Shown: piece by piece, positions 18,657-28,045 of the stretch
Position numbering within the stretch: position 1 is the first letter of the stretch
Layout of the letters: the number at the start of each line of letters is the position of its first letter
NCBI GenBank assembly: GCA_044356725.1
Contig: JBIKVS010000005.1
Span: 7,876 to 71,875 of the forward strand
Reading direction: 5' to 3'
DNA from: Minisyncoccia bacterium
GTDB lineage: Bacteria; Patescibacteriota; Minisyncoccia; SW-4-49-11
Length of the DNA: 64,000 nucleotides
Program-made: the position numbers and the translations under genes
Notes under the pieces: model-generated
Database searches by the model: none
Told to the model about the DNA's origin: nothing
The model's input: only the letters and a program-made list of their open reading frames with translations

Positions 18657-20102
18657 ATCTAAAAATTTAGGGTTTAGATAATATCTAGTGTATCGATTCT
18701 CTCCTTGTTTTATTAGAATATCATTTTCAACTAGCATCGTAATTTCATATCGTGCCTTTCTATCATCTCCTTTCTTTTCCATATTATTGAGTTTACAATA
18801 TTCAGGATTTGATAATCCTTTGGCTGGATTATGTTTTAATTCCAAAAGAGCAACTAATTGAGTATCTTTCAATTTATATTTTTTTCTAAACTGAGCCAAC
18901 CAATTATGATCATTTTCCTGAACAAATGCCGATGTAAATAATGTTGTTTTGAATATTTCTCCGTTATTTTCAAATTTTGGCATAGGTAATCCTGAATCTT
19001 TTGTAGCATTTAATATGGTTCGTATTCCTCTACCTCTTGTCTCGGTAATACTATAATCTCGAAGGAATTTAATAAGTAAAGGATTTCTTGATTGTGGTGT
19101 TGCATTATCTATATTCTCTATTGGTACAAGACTTCTACCAGGATTTGCAAATTCTACTCTATCAGAGTAAATATCTATCTGTATTCTAGCGGTACGATTA
19201 GTATAATCTCTATGTGCGATTGCATTAGCTAAGGTTTCACGAATAGCAATTTCGGGAATTGCTAAATATTCTTTTCGTTTCAATTCTGTACTGATTTCAC
19301 TATGTACTGGTAGTTTGGAAATAATAAATTTAAGTGCATTATCAAATTGCTCGAGAACTGTCCCATTGAACTCTTTATCATCAATACTAACTTCCTCAAT
19401 ATTTTGTGATACTTTAGATACTCCTCTATATTGAGTGACTGCTATATTAAATGTAGGTGATCCTATATCTTGTAATGCTTCTTGTTTTGAAAATACTAAT
19501 AGCCCCAATAACGTAGGTTTATTATCTTTAATTACCTGCATCTTAGTTAGAATTTGATTAGGAGTAAAATCTTGATATATATTATATCTTTTTTTATTTA
19601 CTACTTTTATATAATCTAATACTTTTGTATTATCTATTGATTCTTCTATTGAGTTATCTAAAATTTTTAATTCTGCACCTCCTTCATTTGCTAATGCAAA
19701 TCTACGAATATGATCATCTGTTATTTGAGCATTTGTAGTCCCAGCTCTAATTCTTGCTCCTCGAGGGACACCTCGCTTTTTAGAATATATTGGTCGATGA
19801 TATGTAGGAGCTGGAGGTATATAAATTTGTATTATAGAATCTTTTGTAACTTTTACATCAGGAATAATCTCCACATTAAATACTGATTTACATATACTAT
19901 ATACACTCTGTTGTAATGTATCTAAATATTTGTTCTCAATACCATGTATAACACCATTCGTATCTATACCTAAATAGATAGTACCTCCATCTAAATTAGA
20001 AAAGGCTGAAATAGTTTCCCATAAAGCATCTGGTAATTTATCTTTTGTTATGAATTTAAACTCAACTGTGTCAGTTTCTATATTAGGGTATAAAGTATTC
20101 AT
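18651..20102 (-). CDS. AlbA_2 (Schlafen-like divergent AAA) + HATPase_c_4 domain protein (putative DNA-binding regulator/defence-associated)
   Basis: N-terminus TVEFKF...ISAFSNLDGGTIYLGIDTNGVIHGIEN (AlbA_2 signature). C-terminus RETLANAIAHRDY...IDIYSDRVEFANPG (HATPase_c_4). The start overlaps the stop of the upstream PLD-SNF2 gene. Confidence 0.65.
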   Translation of the reverse strand: MNTLYPNIETDTVEFKFITKDKLPDALWETISAFSNLDGGTIYLGIDTNGVIHGIENKYLDTLQQSVYSICKSVFNVEIIPDVKVTKDSIIQIYIPPAPTYHRPIYSKKRGVPRGARIRAGTTNAQITDDHIRRFALANEGGAELKILDNSIEESIDNTKVLDYIKVVNKKRYNIYQDFTPNQILTKMQVIKDNKPTLLGLLVFSKQEALQDIGSPTFNIAVTQYRGVSKVSQNIEEVSIDDKEFNGTVLEQFDNALKFIISKLPVHSEISTELKRKEYLAIPEIAIRETLANAIAHRDYTNRTARIQIDIYSDRVEFANPGRSLVPIENIDNATPQSRNPLLIKFLRDYSITETRGRGIRTILNATKDSGLPMPKFENNGEIFKTTLFTSAFVQENDHNWLAQFRKKYKLKDTQLVALLELKHNPAKGLSNPEYCKLNNMEKKGDDRKARYEITMLVENDILIKQGENRYTRYYLNPKFLDE

Positions 20103-23100
20103 TATTGTTTCTTATTTTCTATTGCAATTATTATATCTACGGATATTTTATCTGTTTCTTGTCTGATATTATTGAGATAATTTTCACTTAAATAGGATTT
20201 TAATTTGGTCAAAATATCTGTAAGTTCATCTATATTTTGAACTTTAGTGATTTTGCGAGCGGTTTCATCTGAAGTTGTTCCATAGGAGATTATATCTTCT
20301 CTGAGTTCTCTTGCGATTGTTTCTAGGTTTTTAGGTATTTGAAAATTATCTAAGTATTTATCTAAGACGGTAAGGGCTTTATCTTGTACGGTTTGGCTGG
20401 ATGTTCTGAGGGGTTTTTTACTTATAAACTTCTTTTGTAATTCTGGGTAATGTTGCCAAAAATTATTAGATAATTCAACAGCTTTATCGTCTGGATTGGC
20501 TTTAATATTATCTATTATTGATTCTATGGTTGGATCTTCTATTGTACTATCTGGTTCATAATTGGTTGATCTTACCTGGAAGGCTTTGCCTTTTTTGAGG
20601 AATACATATAGATTGTCTTGAGTACCTGTTTTGGCTACTTTTATTCTATCTGGTAGTCTTATGATTTTTTGGTATAGTTCTGGATGTTGTGATTGAAATT
20701 CAAAAAATTCTTTTCTAATTTTAGTTAGGAAGCTGGAGCTTTCTTCTTGTTCCGGATTGGTGGTGAGTCTTGTATATAGTCCTGCTGGAGTTGGTTGTTC
20801 GTCTATGTCAAAGATCTTAGCATCTTCTCCTAAGATTGTGTGTATCATAAACATTTTGTTGGTGGCGATTTCTTTGCTTTTGAGAATATTATTTCCTTTA
20901 TCTGTTGGGAAATAGTTATAAATATATAGTTTTTCGAATACTTTTGCACTGAGTCTGTTGATTCTTCCTACTCTTTGGATTACTCTTGTTGGATTCCATG
21001 GGATATCGTAGTTGATGACTATTCCTGCTCGATTGAGGTTGAATCCTTCTGAGATACGATCTGTTCCAAGTATAATATCATAATCATTGGCTTGTTCAGA
21101 TAATGATACTGAAGCGTCAAAATTAGTTTGAATTTTTTTATTTATATTATTATCTATACCTTTGTTAATTACTAAAACTCTGTTTGGGAAATACTTTTCT
21201 AATAATGGCTTAATGTATTCCAATGTATCTAAAAACTCTGTAAAAATTACTGTTTTACGATTTGGTTCTTTGTGTAATGACGATTTTATGGATTCTATTA
21301 GTTTTTGGGCTTTTGGATCTTGGTTGACTTGATTTAGCGATAATTCTTCAATTTCACTTTTGATGTGTTTTAATAATTCTATATCTGCTTTGATATTATT
21401 GATAAAGTCATTTTTTTGTAAGAATGCTTTACTGTATAGGTTGTATACTGATTTCTTAGTTTTAACTTTATTTATATCTTTTTTTGATTCTTGTTCTAAT
21501 CTTTCGATTTCTTTTCTAATTTCATTGAAATCTAGGTCTTCATCATCTTGGAATTTATCGAATAATTCTCTAGCGAAGATGTATTTTCCTGTTTCATCTA
21601 TAACTTTATCTACAAATTCGTATAATTTGAGTGTATTTATAATACTTTGATAAAATGAACCGAAGGAACTTTCAAATCTTTTGACTAAATGTCTAGTCAT
21701 AAAGTCAAAAAGATTGTTCTGAGCTTGGTATTCAAAGTTTTCTGCAAGTCCTGTTATTTTCTCGGGGGACTTTTTATAATTACCAGCTTCATATACTACT
21801 GGTCTATATATTGCTCCAGTGAATTTGCCTTCTCTTCCAAAATATCTTTGTATAACATTGTCATAAAATTCAGATTGCTCAGGGTCTAGTTCAAATAACT
21901 GAGCTTCTGGATCTTGAACTTGTGACATATCTGGGATGTCTTTTTGATAGACTGGATCTTGTTCTAAATCTTTACGATTTCTTCGGATTAGGACGGGTTC
22001 TATAATTGATCTTACTTGATCTGATAGGTATCTAGCTCTAATATTGAGATGTTCTATGTCTATTTTGTCTACTTTTTTTCCTATCAAAGACTGATAATCT
22101 TGCAATGCTCTTTGTTGTTTGAGAGGGTCTGGCGATTTATAATTTTTACGGATGTCTGAGATTCTCTTGAAATCATTTTCAAATACTCTGAATTGGTATT
22201 CTAAATTACCATCTATTGAAATCCTTGATTGTTTTGGTATATCAAATAACTTAACCATTGAGAAAAAGTCAGATGGTGAGTTGTTAAAAGGGGTTGCTGT
22301 TAATAAAATTACTTTGCGGTTTTTACAAAGAATATTGAGGGCTTCATATTGTGAGGTATTTTCATTACGAAATCTATGTGCCTCATCTACTAAAACATAT
22401 TCATATTTGTCTCTTAATTTGTCTGATTGGTATTTTTCTAAAAAGCCTTCTACATTTCCTGATGAAATAATATCCCAATGCTTAAAATCAAAGGTTTCTT
22501 TATAATTTGCCCAACCACTTGTATGTGCTTCTCCAATTAGTCCTGGTGGGCTGACTATTATTCCTTTGCCTAAGCCAAGTTCTCGGATTATCATACTGGA
22601 TATAACTGACTTCCCTAGCCCTACAACATCGGCAATAATTACTCCATTATAATTCTCTATTGCTGATAGTGCTTGTTGTACGGCATCTAATTGATATTGA
22701 TATGGAGTAAATCCATTTGCTCTTAGTACATCTTGTATCCCTGATGAAACTTCTTGTTGACTTTTTGACTTGATATATGTCTCCAAAACCTTCATATATG
22801 CTTCATAGGGAGTTATATTGGCAACTTGGGTTTCGTCTTGTATGGTTTCAAATAATCTTTGTTTAATGACATCATTTTCGGTAATTTCAATAGATGTGTC
22901 CCATAGGGTATCAAAATATTTTATACTTTCTTCTACTGGATGATTATCTAACAGTTGTACATTATATTCATTCTGAGTGTTTAATCCAGCTTGTGTGAGA
23001 TTACTGCTACCTGTAATTACTACACCTTTATTGACTATATTATTTTCTAATTCAAAAATGTATAATTTAGCATGATTTGGATCTAAGGTTTTGCGAATTA

Positions 23101-23500
23101 TTAATTTGTTTTCCTGTATCATTTGTAAAAAGAACTTTACTTGTTCATAAAACTCTTTGGTATCATTATTTTTATGATTTAATGACTTTTTAATGGATTG
23201 TATATAATCGTCTATATGTTGCTCTTTACTTTTTTTGATATAACCTATTCTTTCTCTCTCTTTGCGGGACTCGGGAGGAGTGACACCAAATTCCACTACT
23301 TTTTGTATGTCACTATCTATATTTAGTCCTACTAGAATCTTGAGTTGTATATTAGGTTTTTTCATTAAGCTATCGAGTAAAACCTCTATCCCGGAAAAAT
23401 AAAAAAATCCAACTAAAAATTTCAGCTCTTTACTTTGTGAAATAAGCTCTTTTACTCTAGTTTCAAGAGTTAAATTTTTATCTGAATTAGAAATAAACAT
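20102..23500 (-). CDS. PLD-family nuclease (HKD) fused to SNF2-family helicase
   Basis: N-terminus HAKLYIFE...GSSNLT (HxK...GSxN PLD motif). Helicase motifs GLGKS (I), DEAHRFRN (II), LLTATPFNN (III), QRVGRINR (VI). 1132 aa. Confidence 0.75.
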   Translation of the reverse strand: MFISNSDKNLTLETRVKELISQSKELKFLVGFFYFSGIEVLLDSLMKKPNIQLKILVGLNIDSDIQKVVEFGVTPPESRKERERIGYIKKSKEQHIDDYIQSIKKSLNHKNNDTKEFYEQVKFFLQMIQENKLIIRKTLDPNHAKLYIFELENNIVNKGVVITGSSNLTQAGLNTQNEYNVQLLDNHPVEESIKYFDTLWDTSIEITENDVIKQRLFETIQDETQVANITPYEAYMKVLETYIKSKSQQEVSSGIQDVLRANGFTPYQYQLDAVQQALSAIENYNGVIIADVVGLGKSVISSMIIRELGLGKGIIVSPPGLIGEAHTSGWANYKETFDFKHWDIISSGNVEGFLEKYQSDKLRDKYEYVLVDEAHRFRNENTSQYEALNILCKNRKVILLTATPFNNSPSDFFSMVKLFDIPKQSRISIDGNLEYQFRVFENDFKRISDIRKNYKSPDPLKQQRALQDYQSLIGKKVDKIDIEHLNIRARYLSDQVRSIIEPVLIRRNRKDLEQDPVYQKDIPDMSQVQDPEAQLFELDPEQSEFYDNVIQRYFGREGKFTGAIYRPVVYEAGNYKKSPEKITGLAENFEYQAQNNLFDFMTRHLVKRFESSFGSFYQSIINTLKLYEFVDKVIDETGKYIFARELFDKFQDDEDLDFNEIRKEIERLEQESKKDINKVKTKKSVYNLYSKAFLQKNDFINNIKADIELLKHIKSEIEELSLNQVNQDPKAQKLIESIKSSLHKEPNRKTVIFTEFLDTLEYIKPLLEKYFPNRVLVINKGIDNNINKKIQTNFDASVSLSEQANDYDIILGTDRISEGFNLNRAGIVINYDIPWNPTRVIQRVGRINRLSAKVFEKLYIYNYFPTDKGNNILKSKEIATNKMFMIHTILGEDAKIFDIDEQPTPAGLYTRLTTNPEQEESSSFLTKIRKEFFEFQSQHPELYQKIIRLPDRIKVAKTGTQDNLYVFLKKGKAFQVRSTNYEPDSTIEDPTIESIIDNIKANPDDKAVELSNNFWQHYPELQKKFISKKPLRTSSQTVQDKALTVLDKYLDNFQIPKNLETIARELREDIISYGTTSDETARKITKVQNIDELTDILTKLKSYLSENYLNNIRQETDKISVDIIIAIENKKQ

Positions 23501-23647
23501 TTAGATGTATTTATATTTATATATTATAGCATATTTTGATGTTTTGTCATATTTAATCATTAATTTATAATATAGTATTCTTTACTTTAAATTATAATAA
23601 AAGTATAATATTGATAAAATTGACTTACATTAATATTTTATAATAAA

Positions 23648-25159
23648 GTGATTCCTAAGACTAAAAATCAGCTTATACATAAGATTAGAAGGACTATATT
23701 AATAGATATCGAGTCTCAAAAACATAGTGTTCAGCTCAAAGATCTAATTAATGATGATTCTACTGTTGTTTTATTAAATGAGGCTGGTATCTTCACTATT
23801 TCTGATTTAGTGACAATAGATATATTCAAGTTAAGTTCTATTGATGAGGGTGTTCTTACTGAAATCAATAGTCAAATAAATCTTTTATCAAAAGGATTAG
23901 ATTCTAATCTGGTTATCCCTGAAAGGCAGCAAGATATTCATCCAATCAATCAAATTGAACTAAATTCTCTTGAAGAGGTTATCAATTCTATTGAAGAAAA
24001 AGATAGAAATATAATAATAGAAAGGTATGGATTGTTGGGCGAAAAGAAAAAACTGAACGAGATAGGTGAAGATTTGGGGGTATCTCGTCAAAGAGTTCAT
24101 CAAATTGTAGAGAGAAATTTAAATGATATAAATAAGAAATATGTTCCCAATCACTTTATAGAGTCTGAAAATGTATCAAAATTAGCAGATCAGGTTATAC
24201 CTATTGATGCTATTGGTAATCTTTCGAATACTTATAGTAATATTGGTTTGATTGAATTTATTATTGATGCTTTCCCATCTTTGTGGATTGTCATTTATAA
24301 TGATAAGAACTTAAAGACCGATATTTTGATTAACAAGGATTTAATTAAATCTTTGCTGAATAAGATTTCTAGGGTTAAGAGCTTTTTGAAGCAACAGAAA
24401 GAATTTGTATCAATCCAACAGATCTCTGAATTATTTGAAATCAACATTGAGGTTATAAAAATAATTGATAATACTGTGATTAAAAATGAAACTATTGCCA
24501 TTAAAACAAATAAGAATATTCCTTTTGGGATGTTTGGGATAATTTATGATGTTATTAAATCAGCTGGTAAGCCATTGAAAATCCAAGAGATTGTAAAAGT
24601 GTCTGGGTTAACTCAAAATCAGGTTAGAAGTAGACTGGATAGAGATAATGGGAAGTTTTTCATTAATGTTGGTAAAAGTATTTATGCTTTGTCAGAGTGG
24701 GGCTTTTCAAAGCTACAAACTAATGATTTGATCTATAATTATATTAAGGAGTCGAATGAACCGAAATCGATTATGGAAATTCTCAGGTTTGTACGTATGC
24801 ATAAAAGGATTAATGACTCTTCTATTATTGCTGCTATATCAATAGATCCTAGAATAGTAACTATTAGACCAAAAACATACTCCCTAATAGAATGGGGTGC
24901 TAAACCTTATCATACTAGATCTGGTACAAAATATGCTATTAATTGTTATGATGCTCTTATATCTATATTAAGTGAAGTGGATACAGATTTAACCATAAGT
25001 GAAATTTGTAATTTGTTAAATGATAAATATGGAGATGATGTAACTTCTTCTCAGACAACAATTTACGCTAACTTAAAGAAATTAAAGGAAAGTGGGAGGA
25101 TTGAATTTATTATTAATTACGGTAAACAATATTATAAATATAAATTAATTAAGGTATAG
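23648..25159 (+). CDS. putative regulator: RNAP alpha-CTD-like HhH + sigma70 region-4-like HTH + three winged-helix-like repeats
   Basis: LNEAGIFTISDLVTIDIFKLSSIDEGVLTEINSQI (alphaCTD-like). IIIERYGLLGEKKKLNEIGEDLGVSRQRVHQIVERNL (sigma r4-like). Repeated ...Y(A/S)L(S/I)EWG motifs in C-terminal tandem wH-like units. Divergent from the PLD-SNF2 operon. GTG start. Confidence 0.4.
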   Translation: MIPKTKNQLIHKIRRTILIDIESQKHSVQLKDLINDDSTVVLLNEAGIFTISDLVTIDIFKLSSIDEGVLTEINSQINLLSKGLDSNLVIPERQQDIHPINQIELNSLEEVINSIEEKDRNIIIERYGLLGEKKKLNEIGEDLGVSRQRVHQIVERNLNDINKKYVPNHFIESENVSKLADQVIPIDAIGNLSNTYSNIGLIEFIIDAFPSLWIVIYNDKNLKTDILINKDLIKSLLNKISRVKSFLKQQKEFVSIQQISELFEINIEVIKIIDNTVIKNETIAIKTNKNIPFGMFGIIYDVIKSAGKPLKIQEIVKVSGLTQNQVRSRLDRDNGKFFINVGKSIYALSEWGFSKLQTNDLIYNYIKESNEPKSIMEILRFVRMHKRINDSSIIAAISIDPRIVTIRPKTYSLIEWGAKPYHTRSGTKYAINCYDALISILSEVDTDLTISEICNLLNDKYGDDVTSSQTTIYANLKKLKESGRIEFIINYGKQYYKYKLIKV

Positions 25160-25211
25160 GTGGAAATAAAGTTTTTTTTAGGAAGTTTTGGTCAAAATTT
25201 TTGGAGGAAAG

Positions 25212-25247
25212 AAAAAAGCCTCTGCGATGCAGGGGCTTGTGGGGTTT
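25212..25247. terminator. hairpin terminator module (bidirectional)
   Basis: aaaaaagcctctgcgatgcaggggcttgtggggttt. On the minus strand the stem is followed by a T7 run. The leader aaatttttggagNaaagaaaaaagcc is shared with 41121-41168. Confidence 0.5.
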
Positions 25248-25270
25248 AGTCGATCTAGATATTTTGTGGT

Positions 25271-25456
25271 TCATATATACTCTATAGAGTGAATATAAGA
25301 TCCATCACTTAATTGATTCATTTCTTCACATATACTCTTTACCTGTTCGACGGAATCATATTCAATAATTTTTCCCTTACCTTCACTACCAGTTCCTATG
25401 TGTTTCCAGTTAACCCGGGCTTTGATTTTGTTGTGCTCCTGCATATTAGGATCCAT
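25271..25456 (-). CDS. small conserved protein (61 aa), member of a 3-copy family in this window
   Basis: MDPNMQEHNKIKARVNWKHIGTGSEGKGKIIEYDSVEQVKSICEEMNQLSDGSYIHSIEYI. Has its own terminator. Paralogues at 42540-42735 (pseudogene) and 41916-42074 (GC-rich). Confidence 0.4.
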   Translation of the reverse strand: MDPNMQEHNKIKARVNWKHIGTGSEGKGKIIEYDSVEQVKSICEEMNQLSDGSYIHSIEYI

Positions 25457-25539
25457 TTTTTAGATGAAGCTTTTGTTTACTGAATACTTATAGCATAATA
25501 TTACTACTTTGTACATAGCTTAATTCTTCTTCGATAATA

Positions 25540-25800
25540 TTAGTCCACCCTCCGCCTACTGGTACTCCCTCCGAAGGGAGACATTAGCTCAGTCCACACC
25601 CGTCGCAAATGTCCTCCTCCCCCGTCGCAAATAGGATTTGCTCCTTGAAAATCCAGGGTTTCCAACACTCGGTCTTTGACCTCTTTGCCTTCCTCCACGG
25701 TAAAACTACCGTTTTCCCGACCCCTTTCCCAAAGGCTAAAGCCTTTTTTAGGTACTCCCTCCAACTACTTACGGCAGTTAAAAAGGGAGACATAAATACA
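25540..25800. repeat. GC-rich modular intergenic repeat cluster (modules A-B-C)
   Basis: gtccaccctcc..tactccctccgaagggagacattagctcag / ccgtcgcaaat(g/a)ggatttgctcc / ttgaaaa(c/t)ccacggtttccaacactcggtctttgacct... shared with 41630-41900, 42150-42530, 42815-43150, 44350-44750. Confidence 0.8.
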
Positions 25801-25838
25801 TAGATCCATAAATTGTCCTCCTTGATTTTTTGTAAATA

Positions 25839-27635
25839 CTATAAGCTCTTATAATATTTCTTAATCTTTTCAGCCATTAGCTTTCTTCTTTGTTTCAGAA
25901 AATCATCATAATCATCAATTGTCATATCAAAGATTGATTCAGGAATGCAATTCACCTCTAAATTCTGTTTTAACTCTTCTATCGAGTTTATACTTCCATA
26001 CTTGAACTCTCCCCCATTACACTGTTCTGTAACCGCTGCAAAATATTCATTAGGGGCTTTTTTACCTATACGAATATTAATCTCGGATTGAGAATATACA
26101 AAATTAGCAATTTGATTATAATCTCCCCTTGAAGTATATTTTTGCCTTAGATACTCTTTAGGGAAAATATGATGAATATCTCCTCTATGACTAATCAAGT
26201 TCCCAACGGTTATATCATTAGACAAAAATCCCTTATCATTAGCTTTCACTTGTGCAGCAAAGAAAACACTGAGAAAAGGACTTGTTCGAACTGAACGATC
26301 TAAATTCTCAACCAACCCAATATTCCAAAAAACATCAGATAGATCAGCAGATTCAATAGATTCTAAATATTTTTCAACACCATTTTTTACAATATTTTTG
26401 ATATCAAAATCAAACCATGATTCAGGAGAACCAGAATATCTTCCCGTCAAAACAGACATCACAAACCACCGCTGAACATAGCGAGCAATCAAAGCCTCAT
26501 CCATCCCATCATCCTTTAGCTTTAAGTATAAAATATAAGCAAAATTCAAAGTCGCTTTAGAACTAATCAAATCAGAATCAATAAATCCTGATGACTTAAT
26601 AATCATAATAAATCTCTTGAAATGAGTCTGATTGACAAAATCAAGTACACTCTCACTCAAGCGATAAAAAGACCTATCCATAATTTCCTGCTCAAAAGCT
26701 CTAGTCTCAAAATTCCTACCCGATAATAAACTAACCAAGTCACTCATTCTACCTCTTTCAAACTCCTTAGTAAAACTAACCCGCAAGACATCAGAATAAT
26801 TAGGATCATATAAATCATCATTTTCATCTTTCAACCAGCCAATTTTATGATAATATGGTGTCTCTACAAAGTCTTTATCATTTTCTGTAATTTGCTTAAA
26901 GAATTTAGGCTCTTTAGCTAGGTGACAAAAATAATCAATAGCCTTACGAAGATTAACCCCAAAATTATCCTCCACATCATAAGAAGCAATCTTAGACATT
27001 GCAAAATCTGCCTGACTTAAGACCACCCCTTCAGAATTAATACGGATAAATATCTCAGTCACTGTCTCAATATCCAAACTAGAATCAAGTTCAATAAATC
27101 CAATTTGTTTATTTTTAATATCCAATAAATTCTCAATGCTTTTCTCAACAATAGCCCTATCAATATCTGGATTCTTTTCGCAATATGTATTAACCGCTTG
27201 GAATAAACCAGCACCTTTACCCATCAATTCAGAAATATCTGGGATCCAAGCCACATCTTTTTCAATAGCAGGAGTAAAAGTTGCAAACTCTTCGTTTACT
27301 GGATGAAAAGCAATTTTAACCTTTTGCTCCTTATAATCTTTATCCACAATAGGCTCACCCAATACAGCAGCTCTTAAAGCAGTAATCCTCTGCTGTCCAT
27401 CAATCAAAACCTTTTTACCACTAGAAAGAGTACCATCTTTTAGCCTTACATCTGGATTTTTCCATGCAATAATATAGCCAATAGGATAACCTTGATACAA
27501 AGAATCCATAAGGTCACGAATTTTAGTAGTATCCCACACAAAAGGCCTTTGAATCTCAGGAATAGCAATCTCTTTTTCTTGAACCCAGCTTAAAATGTTA
27601 CTAATTAGATATTGATTAACAGTATATTTTTGCAT
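25839..27635 (-). CDS. GmrSD-like Type IV restriction endonuclease (DUF262 + DUF1524)
   Basis: EIQRPFVW and VLIDGQQRITAL (DUF262 DGQQR signature). C-terminal HIHHIFPKEY (His-Me finger/DUF1524). Confidence 0.75.
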   Translation of the reverse strand: MQKYTVNQYLISNILSWVQEKEIAIPEIQRPFVWDTTKIRDLMDSLYQGYPIGYIIAWKNPDVRLKDGTLSSGKKVLIDGQQRITALRAAVLGEPIVDKDYKEQKVKIAFHPVNEEFATFTPAIEKDVAWIPDISELMGKGAGLFQAVNTYCEKNPDIDRAIVEKSIENLLDIKNKQIGFIELDSSLDIETVTEIFIRINSEGVVLSQADFAMSKIASYDVEDNFGVNLRKAIDYFCHLAKEPKFFKQITENDKDFVETPYYHKIGWLKDENDDLYDPNYSDVLRVSFTKEFERGRMSDLVSLLSGRNFETRAFEQEIMDRSFYRLSESVLDFVNQTHFKRFIMIIKSSGFIDSDLISSKATLNFAYILYLKLKDDGMDEALIARYVQRWFVMSVLTGRYSGSPESWFDFDIKNIVKNGVEKYLESIESADLSDVFWNIGLVENLDRSVRTSPFLSVFFAAQVKANDKGFLSNDITVGNLISHRGDIHHIFPKEYLRQKYTSRGDYNQIANFVYSQSEINIRIGKKAPNEYFAAVTEQCNGGEFKYGSINSIEELKQNLEVNCIPESIFDMTIDDYDDFLKQRRKLMAEKIKKYYKSL

Positions 27636-27682
27636 AGAATTGTATTATTTAAATTTATTATAGCATATTATTATATAAAATA

Positions 27683-27714
27683 ATAAAAAATCCGCAACCA
27701 AAGGGAAGCGGATA
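27683..27714 (-). terminator. Rho-independent terminator for the GC-rich ORF
   Basis: Minus strand reads atccgcttccctttggttgcggat followed by a T7 run. Confidence 0.5.
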
Positions 27715-27742
27715 AATGAGGGATGATTGGTGGAAAGCAACA

Positions 27743-28045
27743 CTAGGATTCCTTGATGTGACGAATCTCCTCTTCGAGATAATTGATGTCACGCTGAGTG
27801 TATCCCAGCATCTGTGCCGCCATGAAGACGACAAACAGTGCTGCCCCCAGCCGCTGTGGCATGGCATCAATCCCCCGCAACAGTGCGAGGAAAAAGAATC
27901 CCAAGCACACAAAGCCCCCGACGAAATAGAATGCCTGCAACACCTTCAGGAACTTCACTCCTCCCTTCAAGAGGCGCTCCTGCTCGACGGCAGGATACTT
28001 CTTGGAATTGTGAAGCATGTTTTCGGCGATGGAAAGGTAGGCCAA
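27743..28045 (-). CDS. small two-TM membrane protein encoded in an anomalously GC-rich (about 53%) segment
   Basis: 100-aa ORF with two hydrophobic helices (FYFVGGFVCLGFFFLALL, AALFVVFMAAQML). The surrounding genome is about 30% GC. Four overlapping ORFs on both strands are a GC artefact. Confidence 0.35.
   Translation of the reverse strand: MAYLSIAENMLHNSKKYPAVEQERLLKGGVKFLKVLQAFYFVGGFVCLGFFFLALLRGIDAMPQRLGAALFVVFMAAQMLGYTQRDINYLEEEIRHIKES

Noticed and set aside
15198-23500. Assignment of the helicase/methyltransferase module to BREX or DISARM
   Set aside because: BREX requires PglZ, BrxC and BrxA/B, and DISARM requires DrmA and DrmB (DUF1998). None is present within 64 kb. The PLD domain is fused to the SNF2 helicase rather than separate as in DrmC.
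25540-25803. ORFs 25540-25764(-), 25584-25793(-) and 25609-25803(+) from the six-frame track
   Set aside because: They lie wholly inside the GC-rich repeat cluster and overlap one another on both strands. Their near-identical 'peptides' recur at every repeat copy (41622-42004, 42205-42645, 44428-44739, 42861-43127). The open frames arise from GC-rich, stop-poor repeat DNA, not coding sequence.
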